DNA of 64,000 nucleotides from a bacterium (GTDB lineage Bacteria; UBP14; UBA6098; JAFGQG01): NCBI GenBank assembly GCA_016935765.1, contig JAFGQG010000082.1, positions 6,716 to 70,715 of the forward strand, read 5' to 3'. Shown piece by piece: positions 60,641 to 64,000 of this stretch (position 1 is its first letter; each line of letters starts with the position of its first letter). The notes under the pieces were generated by a model. It saw only the letters and a program-made list of their open reading frames with translations, ran no database searches and was not told where the DNA came from. The position numbers and the translations under genes were made by a program.

Positions 60641-61392
60641 ATTTTCCCTTCAAGGTAAAGCTTCCGTTTCTCCTGCGGAAATTTTTCGATGGCATAGCGA
60701 AGCATGGTCCGCGGCATCTCTTTATAGTTCTTTTTTAGAAATTCTTCCTCTACCTTGATATCACGCTTACCTATTTCCCTCAACATCCACCCCACAGCTT
60801 TGTGAATAAGGTCTGCCTCGTCATGAAGCAGAACTTCTGATATCCTTAATGTGTCTTCGAACTCATCGTGCCTGATAAAATGAAACGTTGTGATAACGGA
60901 GATCCTGCGTTCCCACAGGTCTGCCGAACTGGCGAGTTTATAGATAGGTTGTTTATCCCTCTCGAGTAAATATCCACCTACTATTTGTATTGCGGAAGAA
61001 TCAACCAGGTCCCAGTTGTTGATGTATTCTGTATTGGAAAGGTAGATATCATAGATCTCTTTTTTGCTTACAGGATCAGCTTTTTTGTAAATAAGCACAA
61101 GGATGAAAAGGGCAAGCAAACGCTCTTCGTGGATATCGGACCGAAGCAAGTGAGCAGCTTCGCTTACCGGAATATTTCTATATTTCTTGGAGAGTTTTCG
61201 CAGTTCATGAACAGGAACTCCCAGGAATTTGTCTCCTTCACCATAACCGCCTTTGTGGGTTTTAAAGTACCTGTGACACTGCTCAGCTCTCTTTGCGTCT
61301 CTCAATTGATTTATTTCTGCCCGAATTTTTGATATGGAATCACTCATGGTTCCATATTTTGCGTTTGCACTTCCCACTTCTGTTACTACCAT
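60637..61392 (-). CDS. DNA alkylation repair protein (AlkD/AlkC-like HEAT-repeat family)
   Basis: RYFKTHKGGYGEGDKFLGVPVHELRKLSKKY .. EERLLALFILV .. INNWDLVDSSA .. LWERRISVITTFHFI .. HKAVGWMLREIG. There is an ATGA overlap with the PAP2 start. The start could instead be the internal Met (MSDSISK). Confidence 0.75.
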   Translation of the reverse strand: MVVTEVGSANAKYGTMSDSISKIRAEINQLRDAKRAEQCHRYFKTHKGGYGEGDKFLGVPVHELRKLSKKYRNIPVSEAAHLLRSDIHEERLLALFILVLIYKKADPVSKKEIYDIYLSNTEYINNWDLVDSSAIQIVGGYLLERDKQPIYKLASSADLWERRISVITTFHFIRHDEFEDTLRISEVLLHDEADLIHKAVGWMLREIGKRDIKVEEEFLKKNYKEMPRTMLRYAIEKFPQEKRKLYLEGKI

Positions 61393-61632
61393 ATTCCGGT
61401 TTCAAATATATTTTTCATTACGTGAACTGTTTCAATTCCTGTAATAAAATAAGGTATTTAATAAATAAAATATTAAAGATAATCCTCTTGTCAATCTGAA
61501 TTATCCCATAAACCCGAAGCCAATATCAGAGTATCGAGTATCATTCAATATTTCCATACAACCACTTAATTTGAGTTGACTATTACTATAATTTCTATAT
61601 ATTTGCCAAGTAAATCAAATGTTCATTTATAC

Positions 61633-61661
61633 TTGACAAAATGTATTATACATGATATAAT
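61633..61661 (+). promoter_or_regulatory. Consensus sigma70-type promoter for F7
   Basis: TTGACA (61633-38), a 17-nt spacer, then TATAAT (61656-61). AAGGAG follows at 61663-68 and ATG at 61676. Confidence 0.65.
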
Positions 61662-61675
61662 AAAGGAGTGAGAAA

Positions 61676-64000
61676 ATGACAGTAATACACAAAAGAATAG
61701 CAAGTATGGGTTTTTGTTTAACCTGTTTATTGTTCATTACGTATGGTATGCTTTTTCCGGTTGTACCTAACCAGGCTTTCTACCAGGGTAAATTAACCGA
61801 CACCGATGGGAAGGGTGTTACTGACACCCTCGAGATTAAACTCAGTCTTTGGAATTCTGGCTTGGGTGGTGATTCCCTCTGGGGAGAAATTCAAACGGAT
61901 GTTGCCGTCATCAAAGGTCTTTTCGACGTCCGGCTCGGTTCCGTAAATCCGATAGATCTCACATTCGATACCGCCTATTTCCTGCAAATAATAGTTGACA
62001 GTGATATTCTCGACCCCAGGGTGAAATTTACCACCAGTCCCTATGCGTTTCGAGCGAGATATGCCGATACAGCTTTAACCAGCATAAACAATGACGATAG
62101 CGATTGGGCAGATTCCACAACTTTCCTGATGGTGAACGGGCAAAAGGGAATCTTCGGGTTCAAGAATGAAGCCCACGGCATCTACGATTCAACTCACGTC
62201 AACCTTGGTGGAAGGAATGTTACCGGTTCTGCGGGGGAGAATATCAAGTACTGCGTGATCGGTGGAGGCGCCCGGAACACTTCCGGTGGTTTTGCCTCAA
62301 CAGTATCAGGAGGGTTTAACAATATTGCCAGTGGATTCCACTCCGCAGTGGGTGGTGGAGGCAGCAACGTGTCGAACGCGGTAAGTTCTACTGTTGCTGG
62401 CGGACGAGGTAATCAGGCAACTGGAGAGAAATCCTTTGTCGGGGGTGGAGAAGCCAACCAGGCTGCTAACTTTTGGTCATCGGTAGCTGGAGGGTACGCA
62501 AATATTGCGAGCGGTGAAAACGCCAATATAGGTGGAGGTTTGGAAAACCATGCGAACTCTTACTTATCAACTGTCGGTGGTGGAGGGCATAATACAGCAA
62601 ACAAGGATTACTCAACGATCAGCGGTGGGTTTTATAATTTTGCGAACGGTCAGTATTCCGCTGTTCCAGGCGGTTATGGTGATACCGTGAACGCTGATTA
62701 CTCATTCGCTTTCGGAGAGCATGTTGTGGTAAATTCCGATCATACCGCGCGGTTCTTCACAATGGCGGACCCGGGCTCTTTATACGTTGGGGGAAACCTG
62801 ATGGTCGAGGGCTCGGTCTGGATCGATGACATCCCCCTGGACCCCATGCCGCGTTACCTTCTCACAAATGATCACGGGCATGTGAAAGAAATTGCGCTTG
62901 CTGATTTCCCGGATGATAGCGACTGGGTTATCAAGGCGGATACTCTTTATTATCTGGATGGGAATGTAGGGATCGGAACTGCTGCTCCTGCACATCCACT
63001 CCAGGTGAATGGCACTGTGGCTGCTACGGATTTCGTGGGTGATGGTTCCACTCTCAGCGGCATTCATTCCCTCGATGCCGCCGATGGCTCACCAACCGAC
63101 GCGGTTTATGTGGATAATGATGGACAGGTGGGCATTGGTACGGGAACCCCGGAAGTTTCTGTCCATGCCAAGGGTTATGGATTCCAGTATTTCATGGCGG
63201 AAACCAACGATGACAGCGATGCGGGTATGATATTCAGGGGCACCAGCGTTGGTGATGACCCCGCGGGGAGCAACGAGTATGCTATGTTCATTCGCGGTAT
63301 GGATAACTCCGGCGACCTTGTCATTAACGAAAATTACGTTGGTGGTGTGTACACTCCGACAGGCAGGTTCACTCTCGAGAACGAAACCGGTAATTTGGGA
63401 CTCGGAACCGCCGCGCCAAATGAAGCGTTGCATGTAAGAGGGACCGGGGACAGGCATATCAAAGCCGAAACCAATGACGATAGCGATGCAGGAGTGGTTT
63501 TCAAGTGCAATAGCGTAAGTGAAGAGGCGGGTGGAGTTAATGAATGGAGGATTGCCCAGCGGGGCGATAATAATTCGGGAGACCTGGTAGTAAACGAAAT
63601 CGATGTCAGCGGGTTTCCAGGTAACCACTACAGGATGGTAATCGAGAATAACACTGGATACGTGGGAATAGGGACGGTTGATCCAAGCAGTATATTGGAT
63701 GTATATGGCACAACCAAAACCTGGGGGCTTGAAGCAGAATTCTTCATAACTCTTGGCGGTGAGCGAAGGGAAAAATGGAACGACTGGCAATTGACCGGAA
63801 ACACAGGAACTGATCCCTTTTCCAACTTCCTGGGTACTGTTGATTCACAGCCGCTGGTGATCAAAACTGACAGCACTGAAAGGATACGCATAACTACCAA
63901 AGGGCAGATCGAGACCTTCAACACAGGCAATTCTGTTTTCATTGGGGCAGGCGCGGGAGTAAATGACAACCTCGACAATAACTGCAATGTGGCAATTGGT
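61676..64000 (+). CDS. Secreted tail-fibre-like protein F7. The 3' end is cut by the window edge and 775 codons are visible. It has a divergent copy of the conserved N-terminal domain followed by YadA-head-like GG.xNxAxG repeats and G.VGIGT..P...L.V.G modules.
   Basis: I translated the whole frame and found no stop to position 64000. The protein begins MTVIHKRIASMGFCLTCLLFITYGMLFPVVPNQAFYQGKLTDTDGKGVTDTLEIKLSLWNSGLGGDSLWGEIQTDVAVIKGLFDVRLGSVNPIDL. It continues with GGGARNTSGGFASTVSGGFNNIASGFHSAVGGGGSNVSN... and two ~95-aa repeats (ETNDDSDAG..F......NE......G.DNSGDLV.NE). Confidence 0.85.
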   Translation, partial: MTVIHKRIASMGFCLTCLLFITYGMLFPVVPNQAFYQGKLTDTDGKGVTDTLEIKLSLWNSGLGGDSLWGEIQTDVAVIKGLFDVRLGSVNPIDLTFDTAYFLQIIVDSDILDPRVKFTTSPYAFRARYADTALTSINNDDSDWADSTTFLMVNGQKGIFGFKNEAHGIYDSTHVNLGGRNVTGSAGENIKYCVIGGGARNTSGGFASTVSGGFNNIASGFHSAVGGGGSNVSNAVSSTVAGGRGNQATGEKSFVGGGEANQAANFWSSVAGGYANIASGENANIGGGLENHANSYLSTVGGGGHNTANKDYSTISGGFYNFANGQYSAVPGGYGDTVNADYSFAFGEHVVVNSDHTARFFTMADPGSLYVGGNLMVEGSVWIDDIPLDPMPRYLLTNDHGHVKEIALADFPDDSDWVIKADTLYYLDGNVGIGTAAPAHPLQVNGTVAATDFVGDGSTLSGIHSLDAADGSPTDAVYVDNDGQVGIGTGTPEVSVHAKGYGFQYFMAETNDDSDAGMIFRGTSVGDDPAGSNEYAMFIRGMDNSGDLVINENYVGGVYTPTGRFTLENETGNLGLGTAAPNEALHVRGTGDRHIKAETNDDSDAGVVFKCNSVSEEAGGVNEWRIAQRGDNNSGDLVVNEIDVSGFPGNHYRMVIENNTGYVGIGTVDPSSILDVYGTTKTWGLEAEFFITLGGERREKWNDWQLTGNTGTDPFSNFLGTVDSQPLVIKTDSTERIRITTKGQIETFNTGNSVFIGAGAGVNDNLDNNCNVAIG

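Noticed and set aside
1-64000. tRNA, rRNA, tmRNA, IS elements, integrons and toxin-antitoxin pairs
   Set aside because: I scanned the intergenic regions (13895-14254, 29381-29736, 41806-42357, 43169-43575, 46483-46794, 48335-48807, 50527-50789, 56491-57008, 61393-61675) by eye. I found no tRNA-like T-arm (GGTTCGAATCC-type), no terminal inverted repeats flanking a transposase and no small paired ORFs. A covariance-model scan could still find small ncRNAs that I cannot see.

Overview
This 64-kb bacterial window is probably from an uncultivated FCB-superphylum organism. That placement is an inference from one T9SS-type C-terminal sorting domain, GGAGG-type RBSs and very AT-rich intergenic DNA. 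The left 46.5 kb holds an unusual gene array, almost all on the minus strand. A module is repeated three times: an AT-rich leader, then one or two 1000-1360-aa secreted tail-fibre-like genes, then a 35-55 bp gap, then a ~2200-aa secreted giant gene. The modules run 13894->1, 29380->14255 and 41805->30995. Two further fibre paralogs lie outside the modules (43576..46482 on the minus strand; 61676..>64000 on the plus strand). All seven fibres share an N-terminal ~120-aa domain that starts exactly at the predicted signal-peptidase site (VPRLIPYQGKLT...). They carry different C-terminal tips: phage tail-collar in two, a Peptidase_S74 intramolecular chaperone, a C1q/TNF-like knob, and others with no recognisable family. 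The three giants contain thrombospondin-type-3-like Ca-binding repeats. They also contain an ordered motif string (DxDxDGIPxxxE .. SSDWDQY .. HPLIPAYP .. amphipathic Ser/Thr-rich stretch .. NIGTEP) that I read as a core like anthrax protective antigen / binary-toxin B component. This core is followed by a variable insert and several beta-sandwich-like modules. The window contains no phage, tailocin, eCIS or T6SS structural genes, and no integrase, transposase or reverse transcriptase. I therefore propose the fibre-plus-PA-like-giant modules as a candidate undescribed surface or toxin-delivery system. Module II also carries a T9SS-cargo gene translationally coupled to a chagasin-family (I42) cysteine-protease inhibitor lipoprotein. 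The right-hand 17 kb is ordinary. It holds a flavoprotein, an NTF2-like protein, a GNAT and a B12-radical-SAM gene. It also holds a tightly coupled operon of coiled-coil protein, OmpA-domain membrane protein, Ras-like small GTPase, unknown protein, PAS histidine kinase and NarL-type regulator. The remaining genes are a cupin, a second PAS kinase, a lipocalin, a PAP2 phosphatase and an AlkD-like repair protein. I found no rRNA, tRNA, CRISPR or IS element. All domain calls come from motif reading by eye and no HMM or BLAST search was possible.
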